DNA of 63,744 nucleotides, the filler included, from Choristocarpus tenellus KU-1152 (Eukaryota; Protista; Phaeophyceae), in the NCBI GenBank assembly GCA_964200185.2. It is 15 parts of 15 records of this genome, joined end to end, with 100 filler letters (N's around TTAATTAATTAA, not from the genome) between each part and the next. Parts side by side here need not be neighbours in the genome. Positions count along the whole stretch, not along the records: positions 32,879 to 40,270 come from CAXNAD020006223.1; positions 40,371 to 43,709 come from CAXNAD020020710.1; positions 43,810 to 46,466 come from CAXNAD020025903.1; positions 46,567 to 49,556 come from CAXNAD020023096.1; 11 more parts are not named here. One strand, 5' to 3'. Shown piece by piece: positions 37,179 to 49,556 of the stretch (positions within the stretch are counted from its first letter, which is position 1; every line of letters begins with the position of its first letter). The translations under genes were made by a program, and so were the position numbers. Under the pieces are notes generated by a model. It was not told the origin of the DNA, did no database searches, and worked only from the letters and a program-made list of their open reading frames with translations.

Positions 37179-40096
37179 ATGGGAATGGAATCAGCACAAT
37201 GTCGTCATTTTCCACATCGCGCGATCGTGAAGACGAAAAAGGAAGGGAAGCAACGGGGTTCACGCTTCGAGATCAGAGGAGACAGGCGCCTTCTTGACCC
37301 TTCACGCGAACTTGAGGTCTTGTATAGTCAATCGATTAAGGCATTCTCTCAGAATCAATTGAAAGGAGTTTCTCAAGATACGCAATTTGCTTCCTTTGTG
37401 GTTGACCGCAGGTGCTGAAGTGTGTTTTGCTACGAGAGGGCTACCTCAATCGAGTACGGAGCTTAGCAAAGGGCATGAAAAGCGAAATAAAAAGGAGCAA
37501 AGGTTGGCGACAAGATATTCCCTTAGGCATGACAGACCTCCTAGACTTGCTCAGACTAGCGACGGTTGACACCGTGGAGGCAATTTCCTTGTGGAGACTG
37601 GCTCAGGTAAAGCTTGTCGACATTTATCTTTGATTGTACCCATCATACCTGATATCTCAACTTAATTATTTCTCGCTGTAATCACCTTATTTCACATCAG
37701 ACATCCAGAAAACTACACCCCCAGCCATTCTTGCGATCTGAGAATCTATCAGAATTAATAACAAGCATATTGTTCCCCTGTCCACAGGAAGAGCCAACCT
37801 TGAAACCATTTCTGTGGAATGGCGAGGATTACTTGGTTAAAGTCCTCCATGACTGTGACTTTCTGGATTCATTACACTCACTCCGTGAATGGTTGGGCTT
37901 TAGCCTTTATCACAACCCACTCCTGATGCCGGGTGGTGCAGTGCATGGGACATCGCCCCGAAATTCACCACAAGAGATTCAGGGAGATATCGTCAACATC
38001 GGATGCCAGCCTTGGCAAGGACCACTCTTCTTAGCAAGTCACCCATTTCGAAATTATGACAAGGAAAAGAGAGAGCTAGACAGATCAGAGAAACGAAGAT
38101 TTATGACTCCAAAGCTCACACCATATGCCGCACCAGTGGTCAATAATCCCACCTTGCTGCCCAGTCCTTCCTCAAACGGCACTGGATTAACAGGAGCCAG
38201 AGCAAGACCACTCAGTGATGTCGAGGTTCAGCCATCAGTTCAGGTAAATCTAACAGGAATCGTTCCTAACACGCTACATAGAGTGGATTATGGCAGAGTT
38301 AGGGCTGCAGAGAAGACATTAGCGGAAGAGGAAATCCGCTTGTCTCTTTCAGAAGTCGGCGGAATGCCCTCTTCAAAACCTAAAAGGGAGTCAAGAGTTA
38401 CGTTTGCAATGGAGAGGGTGGCACCAGAGGGGCGGAGGATATCTGAATCCCAGCCTAGTAATCGCCAATCAGAAGAAGGCAGCACCCTGATCAGGTGCCA
38501 CGGATCATATCCCGGTCAAGGGAAGATGGCTTTGTCAGAGAGGACTCAAGACAGCGCAGTGTCTGTGCTGAATAATTTAGCACGGACAGCTTCTAGACTG
38601 TTGGATCGACAACCACCAGAGCCTACAGCAGCACTGGGGCCTATACGCCTCAGATCTGAGTCTCCTGATGGAGGGCTGCATAATCAACCTTTTGTTCACT
38701 CTCTCTCAAAAGGGCCTCTCCCCTCCACTGCACTTCCAAATCCCTGTAATTGTCCTGCTGAGAAGGAGGTGGCAGCAAAACTTGGTGACATCAAGATTGG
38801 CGAAGAACCTGTAGAATTTCGTCTCAAGTGCACGGTTGCAGGGATCCATAAAGCTAATCGTTGTTTGAGCAGTAGGGTCACAAACGGCAGTAGTTCCAGG
38901 AGTTTAGGAATCTGTCTAACAAATATCACGAACAATTGTGGGCTTATGGAATCAGAAACACCTGTTGATGATGATGAAACGGTCTCAGGATCAGAGTGGG
39001 GAACATGGAATGCTGATATGTTGATACCAAAAACGACAAACACACCATCACTACAAGGTGAGGAAATCCCTGACAAAATAGGGAGTGACCATATCTCTAG
39101 CAAGCCACATGAGTCTTCATTTCCAGAGAGCTTCAGGATCACAGCTCCAGATATAGTACAAGGCCAGGCATTGGTCAAAATGGGAGCAAAGCTACATGAC
39201 CTGACCGCAGCAGGAACACTTGGGAAGCGCAAGGCCCCTCCACGAGAGCCCCGCCTGAAGAGGCTTAGACGTAATGTACAAAGATACAGGTCAGAACTGA
39301 ATAAGGTAAAGAAAAATGCTGTAAGACTTAGGGATTTATTGCACATGAAAAGTGTGGAGGAAGCAACGGAAACTTCGACAAAAAAGATGGAATATGAGGA
39401 AAGAGAGGGACAGGGTGATGTCAAGCGTCAAAATGAAACTGAGGGTCCATGGGAAGCAAAATGTCTAGAGCAAAGAAAGCTATTCCTAGGCAAGGAGAGG
39501 TCGGCAGATGGTCTAAGGGCTCGTTTGATCGCTTGTGAGTGGCAAATATGCATCAAGGAGGATGACATGGCATCAAAACTTGCTGAGCTAGACAGCCTAG
39601 AGAGGGTACAAAAGCAGGAGCTGGAAAGAATGGATGCTTTGCGACTGGAACAGCGACGAAACAAACTGAAAGAGGGACAGGTGAAAGCGACGACATTTCG
39701 AATAGACACTTACAACATCACCACCTTGTCAAACTAGTCTTGAACTTAGTTCATGTCCAGAGTATCCAACACTCCATATGTGATCCTCAGCTGAAGATCA
39801 AGTCGTACTCTCTGAGTGATAGGGCTTGCAATATGCCTCCCACTTGCCACGACATTGTCCCAAGTAAGCAGTACAACAATTTTTTTTTAAAGAGCAGGAT
39901 CTATGAACGAACTTGGGGCTACTCTATTCTTCCGAAGTTGTTGACTCAAACTCAAACAACCCCCCCACAGGTTCTTCCAGAGGATAACACAGTTGCACAA
40001 TCACTGGAACAAAACTCAGCTACACTCATCCAGAGCCTGCTTCGTGGGAATGCCGATCGAAAGCGTTGTATCTGGTACCGATATAAAATCAACCAG
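37179..40096 (+). CDS. IQ-motif / coiled-coil protein, partial (exons 37179..37316, 37412..37606, 37788..39680, 39971..40096)
   Basis: All four exons are whole-codon with GT-AG ends. N-domain ELEVLKCVLLREGYL...PFLWNGEDYLVKVLHDCDFL, a coiled-coil tail, and the IQ motif SATLIQSLLRGNADRKR. Confidence 0.85.
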
Positions 40097-40177
40097 GTCA
40101 GAGAAGAGGGGTTAAATCCTCGTGGCATTGCCTGTGCCGCACAAGCAAGAAGGCAAGCACACAACAGGGTCAAAAGA

Positions 40178-40416
40178 GGGTCAAAGTATCTGGGAGGGTG
40201 GGGGGTGGGTGGTTGTTTGTGAGGGGGCGTCCGTTTCGGTCAAACAACTCTTTTTTTTTTTTGCTGACATNNNNNNNNNNNNNNNNNNNNNNNNNNNNNN
40301 NNNNNNNNNNNNNNTTAATTAATTAANNNNNNNNNNNNNNNNNNNNNNNNNNNNNNNNNNNNNNNNNNNNATGAAAAAATTGACCCCAAATGGACAGCCG
40401 CCACCCCCTCCCAGAT
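40178..40416. mobile_element. MITE termini on both sides of a linker (40178..40270 and 40371..40416)
   Basis: GGGTCAAAGTATCTGGGAGGG and CCCTCCCAGATACTTTGAGCC. Similar termini sit at contig ends 7307-7345, 24974-24992, 32879-32919, 43600-43709 and 57048-57126. Confidence 0.75.
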
Positions 40417-40756
40417 ACTTTGAGCCTAATGTTGCTTTGAATGTTGCAACCAGAGTATTCATTAGTATGGTTGGGTATATCAGTTATCTCCTCTGCCCCA
40501 TTGAAACGAATAGGGATGTCCCCCATACTGTGCTCATCAACCAAACATCAACTAGAAGCTTCCCATACTGGGCTACACACAGGTTCAAGTTAGAACCGAA
40601 CAAATTTTAGCCATTAAAGGCTGAGCATGGTCGATTGCTAACATCTATACCTCACACCCTGCTCACGGAACCTTTTGGACCGTATCGTACATCGCAACTG
40701 GTTGTCTAAGTCAATAGTTCAGATATCCAAACTGACCAGTATATTAGTCCCTAGCT

Positions 40757-41016
40757 TAGTGAAATTATCTTAGAGGACACGAGTTTTGCCCTGTTTGTCC
40801 ATTTGGGGCTTGGCTTCCCATGGGTTCTTTTATGACACTTTCCTACTCCAAAAAGTTTCATAAGTAGGTAAAATGTGTGTGTTAAGAAAAGGTGTGTCCA
40901 GAACATGGATATTGAGACTTCCTAACAAACATGATAGCCAAAATTACATCAAAATCGCAACATTAGATTGTGGGCCCCAAATGGACGAGGCTCTACCCTC
41001 TAAGATACTTTGGCTC
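40757..41016 (-). mobile_element. MITE family A, full length
   Basis: Reverse-complement match to 9274..9532; ends AGATACTTTGGCTC. Confidence 0.9.
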
Positions 41017-41383
41017 AAGGCAAACTGACATGTCCACAAGATCATGCATTGTATTTACTCACATCAATGCTAAGGAATCGGAACATATGTACATTATTCA
41101 AATGTCAAGTATCATCAGTTGAAAATGTGTGTCTTCTACTCCTTAAAGCACCATTAATGCATCGAATATCTACCAACGTTCGGAAGTGCTGTACAACTAC
41201 TGATTGGTGTACGAATTCCATATAGAAAATAGCAGATTGTGCACCAAGAAACCTTTAAGGATATTTGCTACATCAAAACTGGAATCCCTCATGCTCTACT
41301 CACCTTGGAAAACTAATCGATGGTTTCCTATGTAGGCCAACGTGTTTTAGGGAAACAACACAGCAAGAAAAGACTACCCGTAC

Positions 41384-43590
41384 CTCCTTCTTGGCCTTGA
41401 GCATTGCTTGGAGGTAAGTCAATAGGCTCAACCCTTCAGCCACTAGACCATCCCTTCTCATATCAGCAGTTTCAACCTGTCCATCAACCAGATACTGTCC
41501 CAAAGATGTATCACGATATACTAACAAATGCATCTATACAATGAACGTATTGGACATATTAGCTATACAAATGTGACTAGGCATTCCAGATGGCATGTGT
41601 CTAGAGAAGGTACCAAGTTACATCCTTTACGAAAATTAAAAGATACAATTACCTGTGGATGAAATAACATCCCATTTACATTTTCCCTCAGTGTCTCCTA
41701 GCACTCTGTCCTGACTGGTGCCGGTTGAGTAAAACATTATTAGACTCTCTTCTACATGAGCATCTTCGGTCTGTTCATGTTGAGACCGAGAAACGACACG
41801 ATCTACAAATGAGATAGATATGCGTTTGTAATGAGACTTTAAATAAGTCATACAAACACGAGGAGGCACTGCAGGTAGTTCGTGAGTTGAGAAAAATGTA
41901 CCACTCTACGACTTCAAAGTTTGTACAATGAAACAAAGATAAGTAACTGAGAAGACATCAGGCACCTTACAAAAAAAATATCAATCTCTTCCGTGTCTCG
42001 AATTTGAGCAATATCTGGCGGCAACACATACCTATTACCAATGCATTCAGTCACATACTGCACTGTTTTTCAGTATTAACAGCATCTCGATGAACAGGTA
42101 GGTGGAAGAGGCACACATAGAGGGGTTATAGTATTTTATTCAACTGGCGCTCATGAAGGCAGAGGTTTTCGGTGTTAAGGCCAAGACCAAGTAGTGTCTT
42201 CGACCGTTTACCCCAGAACTGTCATGCTTTTCTAATTATATTTAAGCAGAAAAACGGAAGCTTCATCTCAAGATACATGCCACTTGCAACGCCTGGACCA
42301 CCTGCAGCGCCTCATCATCATATTATTCCTACAGTCAATTCGTTGTACATCTTACTGATTAATGTATTTATAGATTGCACTATTTCTCAGTATATAAACA
42401 GTTTGATCAACAGGTGAAAGAGCCTCAACTGGTTGAGTGCTAGCCTTTTGCTCAACTGGTACTCTTGAAAGCAGGGCACCAGGTGACGGTCAAGACCAAA
42501 ACCAAGGAAGTGAGGATGCATGTCATTGGCTCACCTACCAGCTATCGTTTTCCATGTACTTCGAAGTAGTACATTGAAACCTCCTCCCATGACACTTGTT
42601 ATCTACCTCATTGTCTACCATATATAAAAAAGTCAATACTTAAATCTGATTGATGTATCCAAGTCATAGATTTTGATTATTCTGCGGTATCACCTTGATG
42701 AACACGTAAAGTAAAAGTTCACCTGGAGAGTCAGTCTTTGGATCGACTGGCCCTGCCCAGAACAGAAAGTAGGTAATGTACATAATGATGAGGAGGGACT
42801 AGAGATTACATGTCTCAAGGGAAGAAGGTTTCAATTCACTGCTTCAAAGAAGTACATAAAAAAGCTCAATGATTAGGAGGTGAACAGAGGGCACCACTCC
42901 TGACCTCCTTGGGATTGACCTCAAGCACCGCCGGCTCTGCCTTCAGGAGCACCAGTTGAGCAAAAGACTGACCCTTCTTCGTGTAGGCATCTCTGACCTC
43001 TTACCCAGGTTTTGATGCCAAACAAACGACACAGTCGTACATGCATTCATCAATATGGTGTACAGTGATGACAAACACTGCAGGTAGCGTGTGTCATGAG
43101 AAGAAGGTACCAATTTACTGCTTTGAAATATACAGAAAAATAATGGCAGTAATTTGTAGGTCTGCTGATGACATGGCTTCTCGCTTCCTTAGTCTAGACT
43201 TCGACGGCCGCCTGATTCACTGCTCCAAGAACCCCATTGAGCAAATGACTCACCATTTTCCAATGGGACCGTATTGACCTGTTTGTGAAGATACAGACAC
43301 CAAGGAATAACACAATCTATTGAGAAATAATAGACATCAGTAGTATGTACATCAAAGAAATTTGTACTTTGATATGATATTATCGTAGGGTAAACAATGA
43401 TGAGGAGGCAATACAAAATAGCATGTGTCAAAAAACGGTGCTGGTATAGTATAGTGGTTAATGATGACTTCTGAAGTAGTTTGTCTCACAATACTCCTGA
43501 TCACGGTTGGTGAGGTTTGTGAGAGGTTCGATCTCGACCATGACCCGGTTGTGACCTGGACTGCAACTCAGTTGCTCGTTCCTATCAAAT
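41384..43590. repeat. Degenerate ~300-bp tandem array of ~93-nt exon-like cassettes with an inverted central block
   Basis: Cassettes at 41384..41476(-), ~41680..41770(-), 42102..42194(+), 42414..42509(+), ~42706..42772(+), 42905..42997(-), ~43185..43278(-) and ~43500..43585(-, weak). Most share a TTTGCTCAACTGG-like core, a TGATGAACAG|GT-like acceptor and an AAGGA(G/A)|GT-like donor. Confidence 0.75.
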
Positions 43591-43953
43591 TCCTCTCAGA
43601 CCCAAAGTATCTGGGGGGGGGGGGGGGGGGGGTCTACCCCCAAGGTCCCTTTTGACCCAAAACAGGGAAAGGGGAACTTTCCTTATCCACCCACTTATTA
43701 AAACAAAACNNNNNNNNNNNNNNNNNNNNNNNNNNNNNNNNNNNNNNNNNNNNTTAATTAATTAANNNNNNNNNNNNNNNNNNNNNNNNNNNNNNNNNNN
43801 NNNNNNNNNCCTCTCCCCCCCCACAGGGGCCTTCCTACACCCACGACCCCCCCCCCCCCCCCCCCCCCCCCCCCCATGTTAGGTGTTCTTACTAAGAAGT
43901 ACCCCCTCCCTGCCTCCCTCTCTCCCTGTGACATGCATGTATGACAAATAAAG

Positions 43954-45564
43954 GTACATGGAGGACTTGGACAGACGGAATGCTGTGAATCAGATGCGAG
44001 CTGGGAGGGGAAGGACAGCTTCCAGGACTCCATCGCCAGTTCCTTCTCCTGTGAGGAGTAACCATCCCCTCTTGGCTAGGTGAGAAAGAAGGGGAGGGCA
44101 TCTCCATTGTGTTTATTTTTATTTATTGTTGTGGGTGTTGTGTGGTGTGTGCCTTACACCTCCCTCTGCGTTGACATGTTGATACACACATGCACCGGCG
44201 GTTTTGTTAGTGTGGGGTGAAGGCGATGTGTTTATTGTTTTGTTGTTGTTGTTGTCGGTAGAAATAGTTTTGGAACTTCCTCTTGGATGAGCCTTTTTTG
44301 TTTTTTTTGTTATGTATATGTGTGTATGTATATGTATTGTGTATGTGTGTGTGTGTTTTTTTTTTAGGGTTGGTGTGGCGTTTGTAGGTTTGTTTCTTAT
44401 TTAATGCTACTACATGGGATTATATTAGTTGTTTTGTGACTGGTATATTGTAATGGTGTTACAGTACTTGACTAAAAATTATGAGCTATTGGAAGGTGTA
44501 ATGTAATGGTGTAATGTAATGTAATAATGTAATGAGATATTTTTATTTTTTTGTGCCTGTTTTGGATGGGTATGTTTAAGATTTGATAATAATGTAGTGT
44601 GTAATGTCTTTCACAACTGTGATGTGGATGTCCATAGTTTTATGTCTTTTTTAGGATTGACTATTTTATTTTATATTATTTTATTTTTCATTCAAGAATA
44701 GGGATACATACATACATACATATATATATGTGTATCTGATTTTTGTCACCTCACCTCTGTATGATGCAATTAATGGATGAAGTACTTTTATTTTTTTAGA
44801 CTGAGAAAATTCTAAAAAATAAAATTCTGCACAGTGTGCTCTTTTTTGGTATTTTTTTTTATCATGTACGAGTGGATTCTTCAAAGTCACCGAATGTACT
44901 ACTGTTATTATTATTATTATTAATAATAATAATAATAATATATAATAATAATAATATAATATTTTTTGTTGCTGGTTGCACACAAAGATAAAAAATAAGA
45001 AAGATAACGGTGTCATTTAATTCTCGTTTCATTGGTTGACCTGTCTGTCCTTGCCTTTTAGCAGACCTACACGTACCTCCCTGCAATGGTACTTTAATCT
45101 ATCTACTATTTTATTATATCTACTATTTTAATCTATCTACTGACAAAAATTGAGTGACAAAATGGTGTCAAAAGAAATCTTATCAAGGTCAAGGTGTCAA
45201 AAGAAATGTCATCAAGGTCAAGGTGTCAAAAGAAATCTCACCTCTTGCCCTGCGCCCGCATCCACACACTGTTTTCATGTTTGAATGTTCTCATGTTTTA
45301 ATGTTTTAATGTTTGAATATTCTCATGTTTTAATGTTCTAATTTTTAATGTTTCGATGTTCTCATGTTGTCATATTGTCAAATTGTCTTGTTTTAATGTT
45401 CTCATGTTTCAATGTTTTAATGTTCTCTTTTTCAGCCCCTCCCGCACGCCGACGCTTAGCCCTACGCCTGGTTTGGTGAAGCCTGTTCTGTTCTCACAGC
45501 AGCAGCAACAAGGAGGGTGGAGTGGACGCAGAGGACCTGAACATGCACTGTCTCCCACAAGAAG
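43954..45564 (+). CDS. Partial Ser/Pro/Arg-rich gene (exons 43954..44079, 45065..45088, 45436..45564)
   Basis: Three phase-2/phase-2 exons join in frame: YMEDLDRRNAVNQMRAG...HPLLAR/PTRTSLQC/PSRTPTLSP... Confidence 0.55.
45164..45430. repeat. Intronic 29-bp tandem repeat (x2.5) and ATGTTTTA/ATGTTCTC minisatellite
   Basis: GGTGTCAAAAGAAAT..ATCAAGGTCAA repeated, followed by 8-bp-period units. Confidence 0.8.
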
Positions 45565-45617
45565 GTTGGTCCGGGGAGGGGGAGGGGGAGGGGGAGAGGT
45601 GTATAGAGGATTAAGTC

Positions 45618-45652
<35 letters not shown>

Positions 45653-46627
45653 GTTATTATTATTTGTGAACAAAATAAAGAAGCGTTTTTTGTGTTTTTA
45701 TTTGTGAAGTGTTAGTGAGCTTTTGGGTGGTTTTGTGGTAGGATTTTTTTTTTTGAGTTCTGGTGTTGTTTTGTCATGTGATGGGAGTGTGTTGTAATTG
45801 TGTCTGTGGTTCCTATTTTTTGTTTGTTTGTGTGTGTGTGTATGGAGCGTGATTTTTTCAAGATCGAAATAGTTTTTGTGAAGGAGAACTTTAAACGAAT
45901 GGGTTTTGTTAGGAGCAGGAGGGCGGTGGATGTATGAGTATAGTAGAGTATGAAGAGTAAGGCGTTTAAATATATTTTTGTTGACTGTGTGTGTGTGTTT
46001 TTTATTTTATTTTATTTATACAAACATTAGCTTCTTTTTTGTTTTTGTTGATAGGGACCTGGCAGGGATGAGGGTTGAGGGGCCTGGGGTGGGGGGCTAA
46101 TTTTATTGCTCATAATTATAATTATATACTCAGTATGAATCCCATGTAAGTATGTGATGTTTTTATTACTTTTTATTATTATCATTTTGATACGGTGAGG
46201 ATGGGTTGATATTCATTTTTATGTTTTTAAAAATCTGTTTGTGTATGTTTGTGTGTATGTTTTTATTTTTGTTGCTGTTTTACAGGCGTTGTCATTTGCA
46301 ATCAATCCCTCAGACATTGATTAGTATATTGGTATTGTACTAGTGTAGGCAGTATTAACAGTGTCGATGTTATCTCAATACAACCAATGTTATCTAGGTA
46401 GGTCTAGGTGTGTGTGTGGAGAGGAGTACGTGAGGCGTGCTGATGTACTCGGAATGGTATTCCCCCNNNNNNNNNNNNNNNNNNNNNNNNNNNNNNNNNN
46501 NNNNNNNNNNTTAATTAATTAANNNNNNNNNNNNNNNNNNNNNNNNNNNNNNNNNNNNNNNNNNNNCCCCCCCCCCCCCCCACCCCCCACTGCTATTCTG
46601 TACCTGTAACCCTAACCCCATCGTCAG

Positions 46628-47762
46628 TGTCGCCAAGAATCTTCTACCAAAACTCATCTGGGTGAGGGACAAGCTAATGCTGAGCCGCCCAGAAGCCTCT
46701 GCTCTCCTCCGTCGCTGCCCTGAGATCTTTGGATCCAGCATGAAAGATACAATTGAACCCAAGATTCCTTGGCTGAGAAAGTATGTAGGAATCACCCGGT
46801 TGGGTGCGATCTCCATGATCGTAAAGTTCCCCATGCTTCTCTGCTACAGCCTGGAGACTAACCTGGGGCCAAAGATGGAGTTCTTCAAGAATGAGATGGC
46901 GGGATCCGAAGATGACCTTCGCTCCTGTTTGACAGCAGTACCAAATGTGTTTTCTGCGAGCCTGGAGGGGCGACTTAGGCCGAGAGCATCGGCTCTCAGG
47001 GCCGCTGGTATCCAGCCGAAATTGAAGTTTCACCTCCGAGCAATGGCTAAGCTAACAAACCCTAAGTTTGATGAGTGGCTGGATCGACAGGCACAGTTAG
47101 TTGATGAGGGTTTGGTTGAAGGTCCTTTGACTGGCTCGACTCTGGAGGGAGACGAGGGTGTGTGTGAAGGGGCAGAGACAGCACCAGCTGCCGAAACAAT
47201 GTTGTTGGGTGGGGGGTTTGAATCAAAGACACCAGTAAAGGGTGCAGTGATGAGGGGATCCGAGAACACCATGGAGCAGAGACTGTGGTGGCTTCGTGAT
47301 GAACTGGTCCTGGACCGGTCTGAAGCGCTGTCCCTGGTTAATCGGTGCCCAGCACTAGGTAACGCAGACTTTCTTGATCTTTACGCCCCGAATCTCGAGC
47401 GATTGCGTGAGTGCCTAGGTTTGACAAATGAGGAGGCGTCATCTGCAGTGATAGAATTCCCCTGGTTACTCTTCCTTAGATTTGAGGATAACCTGGAGCC
47501 AGCAATTCGTTTATTTAGGGAGGAGTTGGGGGCAACAGACGGAGATATTAGGTTAGGGTTTGTAGCGTCACCCTTCCGTTATGTGGCAAGCGTTGAAGGG
47601 AGGTTGCGGCCCAGGATTATGGCCCTGAAGTCATTTGGTGTACAACCCAGCTTCAGGAGACACTTTGATAAGGTGTCTGAGGGGACTGACATTGACTTCT
47701 CAAAATGGCTGTATAGTGGTAGTAGGGAGGGTTGGACAGGTAAAGCGTCTTCAAAGGGTTAG
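46628..47762 (+). CDS. mTERF-domain protein, terminal exon
   Basis: mTERF repeats: IEPKIPWLR...FPMLLCYSLETNLGPKMEFF...PNVFSASLEGRLRPR, and a second module FEDNLEPAIRLF...ASVEGRLRPR. CAG acceptor ends at 46627. Confidence 0.9.
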
Positions 47763-49384
47763 AACAAGAAGTCAGAGGATTTATCTCATAGAGTTCAAGC
47801 CACAGATATGGCTAATATGTAATAACCTTTTCATCCTGTGATACTACTCCGCATGAAGGTAGATGGTACCTTAGTGGTAGAGTTGAAGGTGTGTATAGAA
47901 AAGCGTCTTAAGTCGTCATCACTGGATTATTGCTGCAGTGTAGTGGATGTAAAATTCCTTTCTGTACCACGTATTTTTAATATCGTTGTTTTGGAAATAC
48001 TCTAAATATATATATATATACATATTTCAAATAATGACCATTATAGTGTTGCACTTCAGCCCTTGAAGTGTGTTTCAAGTGTACAGTATTATGTGTTTGA
48101 AAGATAATCCCCACTGAGTGCATGGTTGAGCAGTGTGTGAAGACAACCCTTGAAAGAGAACGCCAAGTCAACAATTTGTGGGTGTGGGGGAGGGTATAGA
48201 AAATTTGTTAAAAATGCTGTGTGAGTCTCTGGGTTGGTGTGTGGAACTCTGGGATAAACCAATACAACGAGCACCACATGCATACTCGGCAGATTTAGAC
48301 CGGTGTCACTTGTTAATAAAGCACCCGTTAAGACACGAACCATTGTCCCGAATGCTTTCGGCTACGTAAGATCGTAATTCATATCTTATTTTGCATACGT
48401 ACGTGCATGCTCAACAAAGGGAATGCAAATAGAAAATATAGTACAGAACGGAGGACACGATCAGTGGTGGTATTTATTTTTTCCTGAATGGCAGTGGTGT
48501 ATTTTGTACTTTGGACCACGTTTTCATTTTTTCTAATCCAATTATGAACTTCTAATAGGAGTTAGGTTTCTCTCCGCCCGTGCATGACGTAGCCAGAGTG
48601 AGTGCGTATAGACCTATGATCTCTTTTCCTGACTAATATTCTTTCTTTTTGTCCTCATGGTTTGATTCTGGAGATTCCCCCTGACGCTGCCCTTGAGGTC
48701 TGAGGTTGCATGTTTGAGAGTTAGTGGTCAGAAGCAGAAGAGTTGTACAATTGACCCCCTTCAAGTTGCTTCCCCCGTAATGTAGCTTAAAATGACCAAC
48801 TTTCAAACCAGAAGCTTCCACGTGCAAAAACCCGGACACTCAAGTCGTAAAGTAAGTTCTTTGTCAGGTATAGCAGATCTTTGGGTTAGGGTTAGGCTGT
48901 GTGACGGGGTATGATTGCGCCAATCGGGTGACAGAAGGAAGTAATAAATGCTTGCTGCGCATATGGTGTCCTTCCTGGACGGGGGGAGTATTGTCCATAT
49001 TGTGGAATGCTTGAGTCGCCAGTTACACAAAATAAGTAGGAGCAACAAAAAGCGAGCTTTAATGGCCGTTTCTTCTGTGAACTGAGGTGGTGAGGACTGG
49101 TCAGGGTCCTGTAGTACCATCGGTTCAGGAAGGCATTCTTAGTATTGAAAGGTCATGTAGGCTACTAAGAGGAGGCCAAGCTAGGAGTATTGTCTATAGT
49201 CAATGGGACACGACTACCTTAAAGTACTGTGTATACTGCTAAGCATCAACCCTAGAAAATTGCATAGTGCTCTTGGTTATCGTCAAAATATAGTATGTCG
49301 TACTACGAGTATATCGCAAGGGATTGTGTGTCTCAAATGTGCTTGCCAACCCGCTTGCCATTCCAACAAAATTTGCCAAATGCA

Positions 49385-49556
49385 GGCTCAGAGTATCTGT
49401 GAGGGGGTGGCGGCTGTCCTTTTGGGGCCAGTTTTTTCATGTCGATATTTTTGGGTGATTTGGTTGCATACGTCGGATGGTTACTGTAAATGCACTTTTC
49501 CTGATTTTGACCCAAATGGACACCCTTGGGGCGACCCCCCCCCCCCCCCCCACTCC
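49385..49556 (+). mobile_element. MITE family B, truncated at contig end
   Basis: GGCTCAGAGTATCTGTGAGGGGGTGGCGGCTGTCC...TGATTTGGTTGCATACGTCGGATGG. Confidence 0.85.
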
